Source: the human T2T-CHM13v2.0 reference genome, Homo sapiens. From it: a DNA stretch of 64,000 nt. Made by a program: the position numbers and the translations under genes. The stretch is from the NCBI RefSeq assembly GCF_009914755.1, contig NC_060935.1. The stretch is one strand, 5' to 3'. Position 1 is the stretch's first letter. The number at the start of each line of letters is the position of its first letter. Below the pieces are notes generated by a model, which was not told the origin of the DNA, ran no database searches, and was given only the letters and a program-made list of their open reading frames with translations. Below, piece by piece: positions 41,170 through 54,300 of this stretch.

Positions 41170-41420
41170 TAGCAGCTAATATTAACTGAATGTAGTAGGT
41201 ACGGTGCTAATTATCACTTATATGTTATTTCATTTAAGCAATATAATAATTCTATGAGTTAAGTCCCATTTTTATAATCCTACTTTTTTACAAATAAGGA
41301 AACTGAGGCCTGAAGGAGTTAAGTAACTTGCCTAATAAAACATGTCTAGTAAATGGTAGAGCTTGGATTTAGATTTAGGGCATATGTATTAAGAGGCCCA
41401 CTACTTAACCACTGTACCAC
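41170..41420 (-). mobile_element. MIR
   Basis: TTTTACAAATAAGGAAACTGAGGC...GTTAAGTAACTTGCC. Confidence 0.78.
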
Positions 41421-42703
41421 ACAGCTTCCTGTGATGAAGAGGGGACCTGAAGGATATGGGGGCAGAAAAGAGTTACATGGAAGAAAACTTAGGTTATAAG
41501 AGAGGAGGGAAGACACTGGTAGAAATAAGAATGGCAGAGTATAAGACAGTAAGGGCCCCAGGGAAGTTCAAAGAACAACTTTGATTAACTGAGAGAAGAA
41601 ATAAAAAGAATAGATGAAGACATATAGTCAAATTAGGCAAACAGCTAGTTCAAGACCGTTGTAGCCTCCATGGCCCCAGTAAACTGTGCTGCAGTACTAA
41701 GCCATTGCTCCCAATTTCAAAGCAAGAGCCCCTACAGGAACAGGTGTTTAGCAGGAAGTATGTATCAGTAAATGTTTGTTGAATGAAATCTAGCTTGTAA
41801 GATTTACTCTAAAGGCAATAAGGATGAGATCTAATTAGATGGTGGTAAAAAAAAATTAAGGGTTAAATTGAGGATTCAAAACAGTATAAATTAACTTGCA
41901 TATAAAATATGCATCTTAGTATTTCTATATCTTAAACCTTATTTTTTAATCAAGTTTATTGGAGATTTAAACCCTGCTTAATTCAAATTAAAATTGCTTC
42001 CACAAATGAACATAATGCAAAATATTGCAATTAGGATTTAAGTTTATTGTAGTATAACTAGGAAGGCTGAAGATCAGGGTTTCACCAAAAGGGGCTTGTC
42101 TATTGACCAAGAAGCCTCACAGGATAGTACTACCTTGATACAATTAACACAGTAATTGCAAGGTCATGTGTCTGACCCTTAACTTCGCAGAAATGGAAAT
42201 CTGCTGTCATCATAGTGATTACTGCAGTGTTATGAATAGGACATTCTCTTTAGGGTGATCTACATGGGAAACCAAATTATATTCAGAAGGTTGCTTAGAA
42301 TTAGAACAAGCTGAGAGCTTTCAAGAAATGCCTTATAGCTAAGAAGTACTTTTCCCTAATATAAGGAGAGGATGAATTTGCTAAGGAGAGGATAAATTTT
42401 TAAATCGGTTAGACCCTCCTCTCCCCGTAATACATGAATACAACACAGGACGGAAATTTTCTTTTCTCGCAGAGTTATTTTCTTCAAATTTTGCTTCCAT
42501 TTTTGTTCAACCTGTCGTCTTCTTTTTCTAAAATAATACAACACAGGGATCCCCCAAACAAAGCTGACACCATCAAAAAAATTTCTTCTGTCCCAGCGTA
42601 GTTCAAGGGATTAATGTTCCAGAGAACTTTGGGAAATGCTGACCTGGGAAGACCTATACGTTAAAAAAAGGTAGTCTTAAATTCTCTCCTACTAAAAAAT
42701 CAC

Positions 42704-42995
<292 letters not shown>

Positions 42996-43023
42996 TCATT
43001 AGTTAATCTTGGTTCTAATTAGG

Positions 43024-43324
43024 TTTTTTGTTTTTGTTTTTTTGAGATGGAGTCTCGCTCCATTGCCCAGGCTGGAGTGCGGTGGCGCGATCTCAGCTCA
43101 CCCAACCTCAGCCTCCTGGGTTCAAGCGATTCTTGTGCCTCAGCCTCCTGTATAGCTGGGATTACAGGCGCACGCCATTGCGACCGGCTAATTTTTGTAT
43201 TTTTAGTAGAGACGGAGTTTCACCATGTTGGCCAGGCTGGTCTTGAAGTCCTGACCTCAGGTGATCCGCCCGCCTTGGCCTCTTAGGGTGTTGGGATTAC
43301 AGGCGTGAGCCACCGTGCCCAGCC
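43024..43324 (-). mobile_element. AluS (Sx/Sz-like)
   Basis: Full length, with GACCTCAGGTGATCC and TSD TAATTAGGTTTT on both sides. Confidence 0.95.
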
Positions 43325-43465
43325 TAATTAGGTTTTGTTTTTGTTTTTTTTTTTAGAATTAAAAATTACTGTTGCATGTTCTTGTGGGGAAAAACTTGAG
43401 TGCAGTATAAAATAGAACTTAATTATCCAAATCATAAAATCTGAGGCATAGACAAGGTAAAGTAC

Positions 43466-43698
43466 CTGAAAAAGTCACTGCATGCTGCTAACACACAACG
43501 ATGACACGGGATTATTTCATCTTTCATAATTATTTTGAAATCATAAAAGACATTTTGTTCTCTAAAATTCTGTAGTACACTTAAGATTTTTTGTCCATGA
43601 TCTTCTGATACAAGGAAGTTGTTTTTCTTCTCAGATGGAATTCCATTACATGTGCTTCGTTGATTGAAAGCATATGAATTATCCATAGCCAATTCCAT
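43466..43698 (-). CDS. KBTBD3: KBTBD3 first coding exon (MELAMDNSYAF...IPCHRCVLAACSDFFR, start of BTB)
   Basis: BTB motif HRCVLAACSDFFR. Phase-2 donor AG|GTACTT at 43465 joins in frame to the acceptor at 39056 (AG+G = Arg, then AMFE). Upstream acceptor TTTTATTCTAG| means the exon starts at 43710 with 12 nt of UTR. Confidence 0.96.
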
Positions 43699-44504
43699 AT
43701 GTCCTTAGAACTAGAATAAAAACAAAATCACCGATGTAGTAGAGACCTAATGCAAGTTTCAGACTCCAAAATTCGCCCTCTTGATGGCAAATACACAAAA
43801 ATAACCACTAAGAAAAATAATAAGACAGTAAAACTTGTTTTAAACATTTGTTTTCCTGACATTTAATATTAAATTCCTTTTGAATTTTCATAAATGTTGA
43901 GCTCATTGGAATAAAAGTATATTTTTCATAAGGGCTAACATTGAAGGCTATATAATTGTGTTAAATAGCAAAATGTACAAGTTGTATAAATAGCTTATAT
44001 AGGATTTCACTACATGATTAATATTATTACTATACATAAGAGGTATTATTTCTAACACAGTTTTGAGTATATGCCCAACACAATCCCCCTCCTTTCCAAT
44101 CCATTCTCTTCTGGTAACAAAGTAGCTGTTAAAATGCTGATCTTGGACCATAGACTATATGCCTTCTGAGGTTAGACTTTTACAAGATAATTGGTTGAAA
44201 AAGATCAGTGTTAGATTGCATTAATTAGTTATGGCTTTAGTGAAGAAGAAAAAGGCAAGCACTTTTCCAAGTTGGGCTATTTAAAAGTAGAAAGGAAAAT
44301 CACATATATCTTAATTAAGAAAGATTTTTTAAACATGAGGTCAGAAATCCAAGATAGGTAAAGATCAGATAATTGTGAATATCATGAACTGCAAATTCAG
44401 CTCTAAACATAAAAGTTGCATCATCAAAAGCAAGGAAGTGGGAAACAGAAAGGAAAAGAGGATTGGGAACTTGGAGAACCAGAAAAATAGAAAACCTTGA
44501 TTCG

Positions 44505-45875
44505 ACATTTCTGTTCCAGTTATCACCCTAAAATTAGTGGCTTAAGACAACAATTTATAATCTCTAATGGTCCTGTGAGTTTAGGTGATGATTCTTGCTT
44601 GGGAGCTTTCATACAACTACAGGCAAATGGCAGCTGTGGCTGAAGCCATCTGAAGGTCTGACTGGGTTACATGTCCAGTATGGTTTCCTCATTCACGTTT
44701 CTTATGATTCAGCTGGGACGGCTAGAAGAGAGGGGATCTTTCTTCCTTTTTTTGTTTTTTTTTCTGAGAACACTTAAATATTTATTGATTCATTTAAAAA
44801 GAAAAAATTTGATATAACTATATTCGATATATCTATTTAATACACATATTCATATATATCCATTTTATATACATACCTATGTATATAACTATATATAACT
44901 ACAAAAATATATAAATGGATAACTGTAAAATAACTATTTTCCAAAACAAAAAAAAAGTTTCTTGAGAAGGGTTACATTGTTTTATATTTTTGCAAATCTC
45001 TTTAACATCTGGCTTAATGGAAGACAACTAGATTCTCATATCTGCTTCTTTATTCAATCTTTTGTGAAGCTGTATACCATGTGGGCACACATTTACAACC
45101 ATCTGATCTTTGACAAACCTGACAAAAACAAGCAATGGGGAAAGGATTCCCTATATAATAAATGGCCCTGGGAAAACTGGCTAGCTGTATGCAGAAAACT
45201 GAAACTGGACCCCTTCCTTACACCTTATACAAAAATTAACTCAAGATGGATTAGAGACTTAAGTGTAAAACCCCAAACCATAAGAGACCTGGAAGAAAAC
45301 CTAGGCAATACCATTCAGGACATAGGCATGGGCAAAGACTTCATGACTAAAACACCAAAAGCAATTGCAACGAAAGCCAAAATTGACAAATGGGATCTAA
45401 TTAAACTAAAGAGCTTCTGCATAGCAAAAGAAACTAGCATCAGAGTGAACAGGCAACCTACAGAATGGGAGAAAATTTTTGCAATCTACCCATCTGAAAA
45501 AGGTCTAATATCCAGAATCTACAAGGAACTTAAACAAATTTGCAAGAAAAAAACAAACAACCCCATCAAAAAGTGGGCAAAGAATATGACACCTCTCAAA
45601 AGAAGGATATGACACTTCTCAAAAGAAGACAGTTATGTGGCCAACAAATATATGAAAAAAATCTCATCCTCACTGATCATTAGGGTTTTCTCTTTCTTAA
45701 TGCACCCTCTCCAAGTGGCTAGCTGGTGCTTCTTCACAGCATGACAGTCTCAGAGTGGCTGGGCTTCTTGCATGAAGCTTGGTTCTCCCAGAGCGGGTGT
45801 TCCAAGAGGCCTAGGTGGAAGCTAGATACTGGAGAAGTAGTCCAAATTGTCCTACAGCATCAATTAAGGCTCCAT
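44505..45875 (-). mobile_element. Old MLT1 LTR split by a ~940-bp composite insertion (44747-45683)
   Basis: CCCTAAAATTAGTGGCTTAAGACAAC...GCCATCTGAAGG.CTGACTGGG before the insert and CTCTCCAAGTGGCT...CTTCTTCACAGCATG after it. Confidence 0.65.
45086..45683 (+). mobile_element. L1PA ORF2 internal fragment lacking 3'UTR
   Basis: Translates as ORF2 ([18 protein letters not shown]...[19 protein letters not shown]...). Ends abruptly at GATCATTAG. Confidence 0.93.
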
Positions 45876-45894
45876 TCCAGGACCAAGACAATCT

Positions 45895-46602
45895 ACTGTT
45901 GTGCTATGCAATACAGTAACCATGAGCCATGTGTAGCTATTTAAATTACTTGTAAGTAAACAAAACTAAAAATTCAGGTCCCTCATTGCTCTAGCCACAT
46001 TTAAGTGGTCAGTCATATGTGGTGTGATGAGTGACAATTTGTTTGGGACACAGAGTGCCCACATTTTTGGTTAAACATTACTTCTGGGTATGTCTGTGAG
46101 AGTGTTCTAGATGAGATTAACATTTGAATTGGTACACTGAGTAAAGCAGATTGTCCTCCCCACTGTAGATGTGCCTCAGCCTGTCTGTTGAAGGTCTGAA
46201 TAGAACAAAAGGCTGAATAAGAAAGAACTCTTTCTTTCTGCCTGACTTCAAGCTGGAACTCAAACTGGAACTATACCATCAGCTCTCCTAAGTCTCCTGC
46301 TTGCTGACTACAAATCTTGGGTCTTCTCAGCCTCCATAATCACATGAGCTAATTCCTTATAGTTTTTCTGTCTGTCTCTCTCCATATATATATATTACAA
46401 ACACATATACAAGTATATAGTAAAAATACCTATACATATGTATAGTACAAATACATATACATATATGTGTGTGTGTATATATATATCCCTTTAGTTCTGT
46501 TTTTCTGAATAAGTCAGATTAATACATCTGCCTAGTGACTACTATATTATACAAAGCAAATATAAAACATTCTCATCATCACAGAAAGTTCCACTGGATA
46601 GC
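45895..46602. mobile_element. MER3 interrupted by an MLT2 (ERVL) LTR (+, ~46023-46526)
   Basis: GATGAGATTAACATTTGAATTGG...GTAAAGCAGATTGTCCTCCCC (MLT2); CATCATCACAGAAAGTTC (MER3 end). Confidence 0.75.
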
Positions 46603-46849
46603 CATTACACTGTGTGGAAAAATAGCGTGCCTGTGTGAATGTGTGTGTGGCTGTGGAGGTGTGTATGTGCCTGTGTGTGCAGGAGAAAGTAATAGGTTGT
46701 AACTGGCAGTACTGCTGGAAATCTAAGTGACTTGTAGAAATCATTTTGTGTGTAGTGTTCTGAGTAACTATGAATAGGGAGACATATTAAAAATGAGAGT
46801 GGGTATCATGGAGGAAGAGAGATAATGAAAGGCTTGGAGGTTATTTCTG

Positions 46850-47396
46850 AGGAAAAGGAACTAGAGAAAACAAAACCAATGTGATGGATGAAGATGAGGG
46901 CAGAGAGAGAGAGCAAGAGAGAGAGACAGTGAAAGATTGATTTATTATAAGCTCATGTGATAATAGAGGCTAAGAAGTCCCAAGATCTACAACTAGTTAG
47001 CTGGATACCCAGGAGAGCTGACAGTACAGTTTCAGTACAAGTGCAAAGGCCTGAGAACCACAACAGCCAATGGTGTAAGTTTCAATCCAAAAGCTGGCAA
47101 GCATAAGACCCAAGAGGAGTCAGTTTTTCAATTTGAGTCCAATGGCAGGAAAAGACTGATGTATGTCCCAACTCAAATAGGCAGGATAAATTTCCTATTA
47201 CTCAGTCTTTTATTCTATTCAATTCTTCATTTGATTGGATAAGGCCCACCACACAGGAGAATCTGCTTTACTTGGTCTCCTGATTCACATGTTAATCTCA
47301 TCCAGAAATATCCTTACAGACACATTCAGAATGTCTGACCAAATGTCTGGGCACCAGATGGCCCAGGCAAGCTTATAAATGAAATTAACTGTCACA
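46850..47396 (-). mobile_element. MLT2 (ERVL) LTR
   Basis: AGAAGTCCCAAGATCT...AAGGCCTGAGAACC...GATTGGATAAGGCCCACC...AATTAACTGTCACA. Confidence 0.8.
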
Positions 47397-47669
47397 ACAG
47401 TTCAAATCTTGACTTAACAATGTTGATAACATATGACCTAGGACAGAAAAAGAGTATTTCAAATTACAGTGAGGCATAAAGACAATTATATATGGCTAAT
47501 GTCCCAGAACTAATTCTTTACCTCACAAGGCATCTTCATAAGTCACTTGTAAGACTGTTTTTAAAATTATGCATGTTTTCTCTTCTTTTCTAATATTTAT
47601 AAAATACACAGATATGAAATATTAGTTTGTATAAAAATCATACATCTTCCCAAGAGTGTGATATAATGT

Positions 47670-48063
47670 TGTTAAATAAGATGGCTATTAGCCTGAGGTT
47701 ACCCTCTGTAGCCAGCCCTCTTATGTAAGAGAACTGAAACTTAACTTGGAAACATTTATTGTAACTGACTTAAAAACCAAAAACCAAAAACAAGCCTTAG
47801 CCAATCACAAACAGCCAACCAACCTGCTGGTTACAAATAGGGAACTTCCATCAGACAATATCCAAATAAGGCAAATGCCTAGCCATAGTCAATCAGGTAA
47901 TTTCTCTACTTTGTTTCCATGTTCAACCTATAAAAGCTTGCTGGTCACACTGCTGGAGTGGAGCTCTCTGAACCTCCTTCAGTTTTGAATGCTACCTGAT
48001 TCATGAATTGTTCTTTGCTCAAACTCCGTTAAATTTTATTTATCTAAAGCTTTTATTTTAACA
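47670..48063 (+). mobile_element. MER57-like ERV1 solo LTR
   Basis: TGTTAAATAA...TTTTAACA termini, 4-bp TSD ATGT/ATGC, CCAAATAAGGCAAATGCC and GATTCATGAATTGTTCTTTGCTCAAA blocks. Confidence 0.8.
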
Positions 48064-48250
48064 ATGCGAAATGAAAGAAAAAGTAGGGCATTAGAATCAG
48101 GCTTGAGTTCCAGTGCTGGTTCAGCATTTACTTGTGACATATTTGAGGTAAATAACTTCTAATTTTTTATTATTTTCATCATTTGTAAACTGCAGATAAA
48201 CTATATCTATCTAGTTGTGTTGTTGAGAATATTTTAAAAAATACATAATT

Positions 48251-48544
<294 letters not shown>

Positions 48545-48862
48545 TTAGCATATAATGTGTGTAAAATAAGTGGAAGTTAAGGCTTATTTTCTAAGAAACT
48601 TAACAGAAAAGACAAGCAAATCATTTCATTGACATTAATCAATAAGTTTACACTTATAAAATGGTGGAGGAAGGGACAAGAGAAGCAGCTCTCTAATAAT
48701 TCCTAGGGCATAAGAGCGAAGTTGAACACAAGCGCTATCATTGCAAAGGTGTTTAATCTGGAGTGTCAGAATCAAAGGAAATAATAAAGAATTGGTGGGA
48801 GATTTGTGCCAGCCTCCCTAACTCCAAGATGATGAAAACAAATGTTTAAAAGAAATAGCCAG

Positions 48863-49180
<318 letters not shown>

Positions 49181-49787
49181 AAGGAATAGCCAGGAAGTAT
49201 TTATACTATGCAAAAGGGCACGCAAAGCAGATAAACAGACAATATGATTGAAAACAGTCTATACTAGTTTGACAGAAATGTGTTAAAGCTGTGCAAAGGA
49301 TCAAGGTGTCTTCTCAGTGTCACAGTGTAGCCAAGATGTTACTCCTGGTCTCATTCTCCAGTCTAGTGATGAGCTCGGGCATCCATAACCTATAATAGTA
49401 TTATAGGGAATCTCTATGGCCTGTCTAAAATAACTACAGAATCGGGTGACTCAGTCCAGATTGCCTGGATGCCCCTTGGAATCGCTCTATATTTTCATCC
49501 ACTAAAAGATATGTATTTAAATCCCTCTAATGTGATAGAAGAAGTTAGACACTGAGGATCAAAAGATAGGTTATCTCCTACAACCTTATATTCCACTGGA
49601 TTTCTAAAAGTTCTCTGGAAGATTAGAATAATAGATGTTGGCAAGGATATTTGATCAACATGGAACATTCTAAAGCAGTAATTACTACCCCATCCTCCAG
49701 GCTATCCAGTAGGGGAGACATGGGGAAAAGGATGTGGGGTAGATACTGAATATTTTTTTCACAATGGTTTTGTTCAAAAATACATAA

Positions 49788-49921
49788 TAATTTTCGTATT
49801 TTTAGTAGAGACGGGGTTTCACCATGTTGGCCAAGATGGTCTTGATCTCTTGACCTCGTGATCCGCCCACCTTGGCCTCCCAAAGTGCTGGGACTACAGG
49901 CGTGAGCCACCGCGCCCGGCC
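49788..49921 (-). mobile_element. AluSc-like left monomer only
   Basis: GATGGTCTTGATCTCTTGACCTCGTGATCC...CGCGCCCGGCC; ends at the linker. Confidence 0.9.
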
Positions 49922-50293
49922 TGTTTTTGTTCTATACATGATCGATATGTACACATGTTATCTGTGGAGCACTTGCTACATACCCAGTGCTGGTCTAGAT
50001 GGATTGAAAATATAGTGGAAAATAGAATTTGTGAATGACACAAAGTGAGCAAGGTATATGGTTGAGGAAGAATTCACATGGAACAGTGAGAGAAATGGAG
50101 GAAAACCAGGAGAGGCAGTAGAAACTAAGGGAAGAGAATTTCAAGTATGAAGTTGTCACCTATATCATCAAAAGGTGATGGGAAAAAAGTCACTGATAAT
50201 TTGGGGTAAAATAGGGAGAGAACGGATTAGAGTGGAGTTAAGTGGAAATAATGGGCACAATTTATAGACATTATTCTTTTAAAAAGTTCATCA

Positions 50294-50675
<382 letters not shown>

Positions 50676-51361
50676 TTAATAAACTGAAAACAAAGGGCAT
50701 ATATGGAGGGAAATTTTGACAATGATCACAACAATCTAAATTCAATATCTACATCCACATCATACAGCAAAATGTTTTGGACCTTTAAACCAATAAATTG
50801 GAGAACAATACTATACAGCAAAACTTCTATTTCTGTTGACAGGTAAACACTGATAGGCAAACAAATGGTTCCGTTTCTAGCCATTTATTTGTTGTTTAGT
50901 TGTTTAGTGATATAATAAGAATGAAGGTACCGGGATTTATCAAAAATAATTTATACAGTTATTTCATCCAACACTCATAATAATCCTTTAAGATTGGTAT
51001 TAATAATTACTTTTTCAAACAGCAAATTGAGGCTCAGAGATTAAATAACATGCCTAAAAACATAAAACTAGTAGAAACATGCTTATTCCACTAAATGTCC
51101 ATGTTATTTCCAAAATGAATCATTCTGACCCTGGATTTTAATATCAAATGAAAGCTCAGAAAGCAATTTTAGTGCTCTTTAGATCCAACTATAAATGTAC
51201 TTGTCAAAAGTTACCACAGCAATTTAAGATCATTCTTAATAAGGATGACATACATGATAATACCAGCTAATATTTGGTGAGCCAGTAAGCTGTGCCACAG
51301 AGTTCACATAGTATTTGATTTGATTCTTAAAAATATAATCCCTATTAAAAAAAAAAAAACA

Positions 51362-54300
51362 AAAAGACTCTGCTTCCAGTAAGGTTTAGATGTATCTTTC
51401 CCTATTTCTCCTGCTAAGTACAAAAAAAACAAACACAACAACAACAACAATAACGAAAAACCCTGGAGGTATATATAAATATAAATAAACATATATATAC
51501 ATACATATGAAGACAAATAAATGAAGATGATGAAAAGTGGAAAGATGAAATCAGACTGACTAGTGATCTGAGGAACAACATACTGGTGAGTTCCCTGGGT
51601 TTTCCTTTTGCCTAGTATGTTCTAGATCCTACAAAAGCTGCAACCCTGATACACCAGTGGGCACACACATAAACAGCCTCCAAACTGCCCTCTTTAATCA
51701 CAGAACCAGAAAAGGAGCAACCTAACAAGACAAAAGTTTTAAGGAAATAACCACTCCACCAGAGCAGAAGACCACACAAAAAAATTCTGGCTCTATACCC
51801 ACCCAAGCCTGCAAAGGTACAACGGAGAGCCTAGAATTTCACTAATGACAGGCTATAATGAGGTGCTTCTATCGTTCTCCTCCTACTAGAATGATATTGG
51901 AGAAGGCTAAATAATCACTAAAACATCTATGCAGGCCAGGCATGGTGGCTCACACGTGTAATCCCAACACTTGGGGAGGCCGAGGAGGGCAGATTACCTG
52001 AGGTCAGGAGTTCAAGACCATCTTGGCCAACATGGTGAAACACCTCTCTACTAAAAATACAAAAATTAGCTGGGTGTGGTGGCAGGCACCTGGAGTGGTA
52101 GGCTCCCAGCTACTCAGGAGGCTGAGGCAGAAGAATTGCTTGAACCCGGGAGGCAGAGGTTGCAGTGAGCCGAGATCGTGCCACTGCACTACAGCCTGGG
52201 AGACAAGAGCAAAACTCCGTCAAAAAAAAAAAAAGGTCTATTCAAAGAGATAACGTTCATAAGTCACTATAGCTAAATCAAAATTAAATTCTAAAAAAAG
52301 TTCAAGTAAGCCACAGGAGACAGACAGAAAAAACAGAAATAAAAACAGAATAAACAGAAAACAGAAAATAAATTACAGACTTCAATACTGACGTTGCAAT
52401 AATTGCACTAAATGTAAGTGGTCTACATATACCAATTAAAAGATAGATTACCAGAGAAGATTAAAAAGTGACCCAACTTTATGCTTCCTACAAGTAAATT
52501 CACTTCAAATATAATAAGTAGGTTGAAAGTAAAAGGATAGGAAAAGATATACTATGCAAGCATTAATTAAAATAAAGCAGGCATGGCAATATAATTACAA
52601 GATAAAGTAGACTTGAGGAAGGGAAAGGAATATTATGTAATGCCCATCCACCACCGAGAAGACTAGCAGTCAAAAATATATATGCACCAAATGATAGAGC
52701 TGTAAAATATGTGAAGCAAAAACTGATAAAACTGAAAAAAAAATAGACAAATCCACTATTATAGCTGGAGACTTCAACACTCTTCTCTCTAAAATTAATA
52801 GAACTAGACAAGAAGTCAGTAAGCATATAGAGCTCAACAACACCATCAATCAACAGAATCTAATCAACATTTATAGAAAACTCCACCTAACAACAGCAGA
52901 CTACATATTCTTTCACCACGATGAAATCAAACTAAAAATCAATAACAAAAAGATAACATAAACATCTCCACACACTTGGAAACATAATAACACACTTCTA
53001 AATAATCCATGGATCAAAGAGAAAGTTTCAAGTGTAATTTAAAACATACATTGAACTGAAGAAAATCTAAAATACAATATATCAAAATGTGTATGATGCA
53101 GCTAAAATAGTGTGAGAGGAAAATTTTTAGCATTAAGTGCTTACATTACTACAACTCACCCAATATGAAATATATAATTTGAACAGCCCTGTAACCATTA
53201 AGGAGATTAAATTTACCAAAAGTTTAAAGAAGAATTAATACCAGTTCTACACAACTTCTTCAAGAAAACAGAAGCAGAAGGAAGACTCCCAACTAATTTT
53301 ATGAAGTGAGTATTACTGTGGTACTCCAGACAAAGATGGTACCCAAAACAAACAAAAACCAAAATCCCACACTATGGACCAATATACCTCACAAATATAG
53401 ATGCAAAAATTGTTTAAAAAATATTAGCAAAAAATCAGCAATATATAAAAGGAATTATACACTATGGCTAAGTAAGTTTATCTAAGGATGTAAGGCTGTT
53501 TCAATATTTGAATACCGATTAGTGTAATTTATCCTATTAGGCAGCTAAAGAAGAAAAAACACAAGACCATATCAACTGATGCATAAAAAGCATTTGAAAA
53601 AATACAACACCCAGTTATGGGGAAAACTCTTAGGAAAAGAGAAAGAGAGGGGAAAAGTTCCCCCTTCTCAACTTGGTAGAGAAAAATCTACAAAAAACCT
53701 ATAGATAACATTATGCTAAATTATGGAATGCCTTCCCCCTAAGATGAGGAAAACAGCAAGGATGTCCACCCTTACCACTGCTATTCATCATAGTTCACAC
53801 TTATTTAGAAGTATATTATTCAGTTTCCAAGTGCATGTAAGCTCTAGCAAGCACACTAAAACAAGAAAATTCAATAAAAGGCATATACATCGGAAAGGAA
53901 GAAACAAAACTGCCTCTATTTGCAAATTCCAAGATAGTCCATGTAGAAACTCCAAAGGAATCTACCAGAAAAAAACCTCATAGAACGAATCAGCAAGTTC
54001 AGCAATGCCACAGGACACAAGAGCATCACACGAAAATCAATCATATTTCTATATACCAGCAATAAACACATAGAAACAAAAATTAAAACAAAAACAAAAA
54101 TTAAAAGTATAATAGTTCAAAAAAAAAAGAAGTGAAAGAAATACTTACGTATAAATCTAACAAAACATGCACAGGACTTGTATGCTGAAAAATATAAAAT
54201 GCTAAAAAAAAAAATAAAAGAAGACTAAAATGGAAAGACATGCCATGTCTGCAAATTGGAAAAGTCAACTTAATAAAGATGTCCCCTTAATTTCCTCCAA

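Noticed and set aside
43773-43789. CTCF-like CGCCCTCTTGATGGCA
   Set aside because: Spacing is off by one base from the CTCF core; weak match.
44962-45612. 216-aa plus-strand ORF
   Set aside because: L1 ORF2 remnant fused by chance to upstream repeat sequence; non-ATG start; not a gene.
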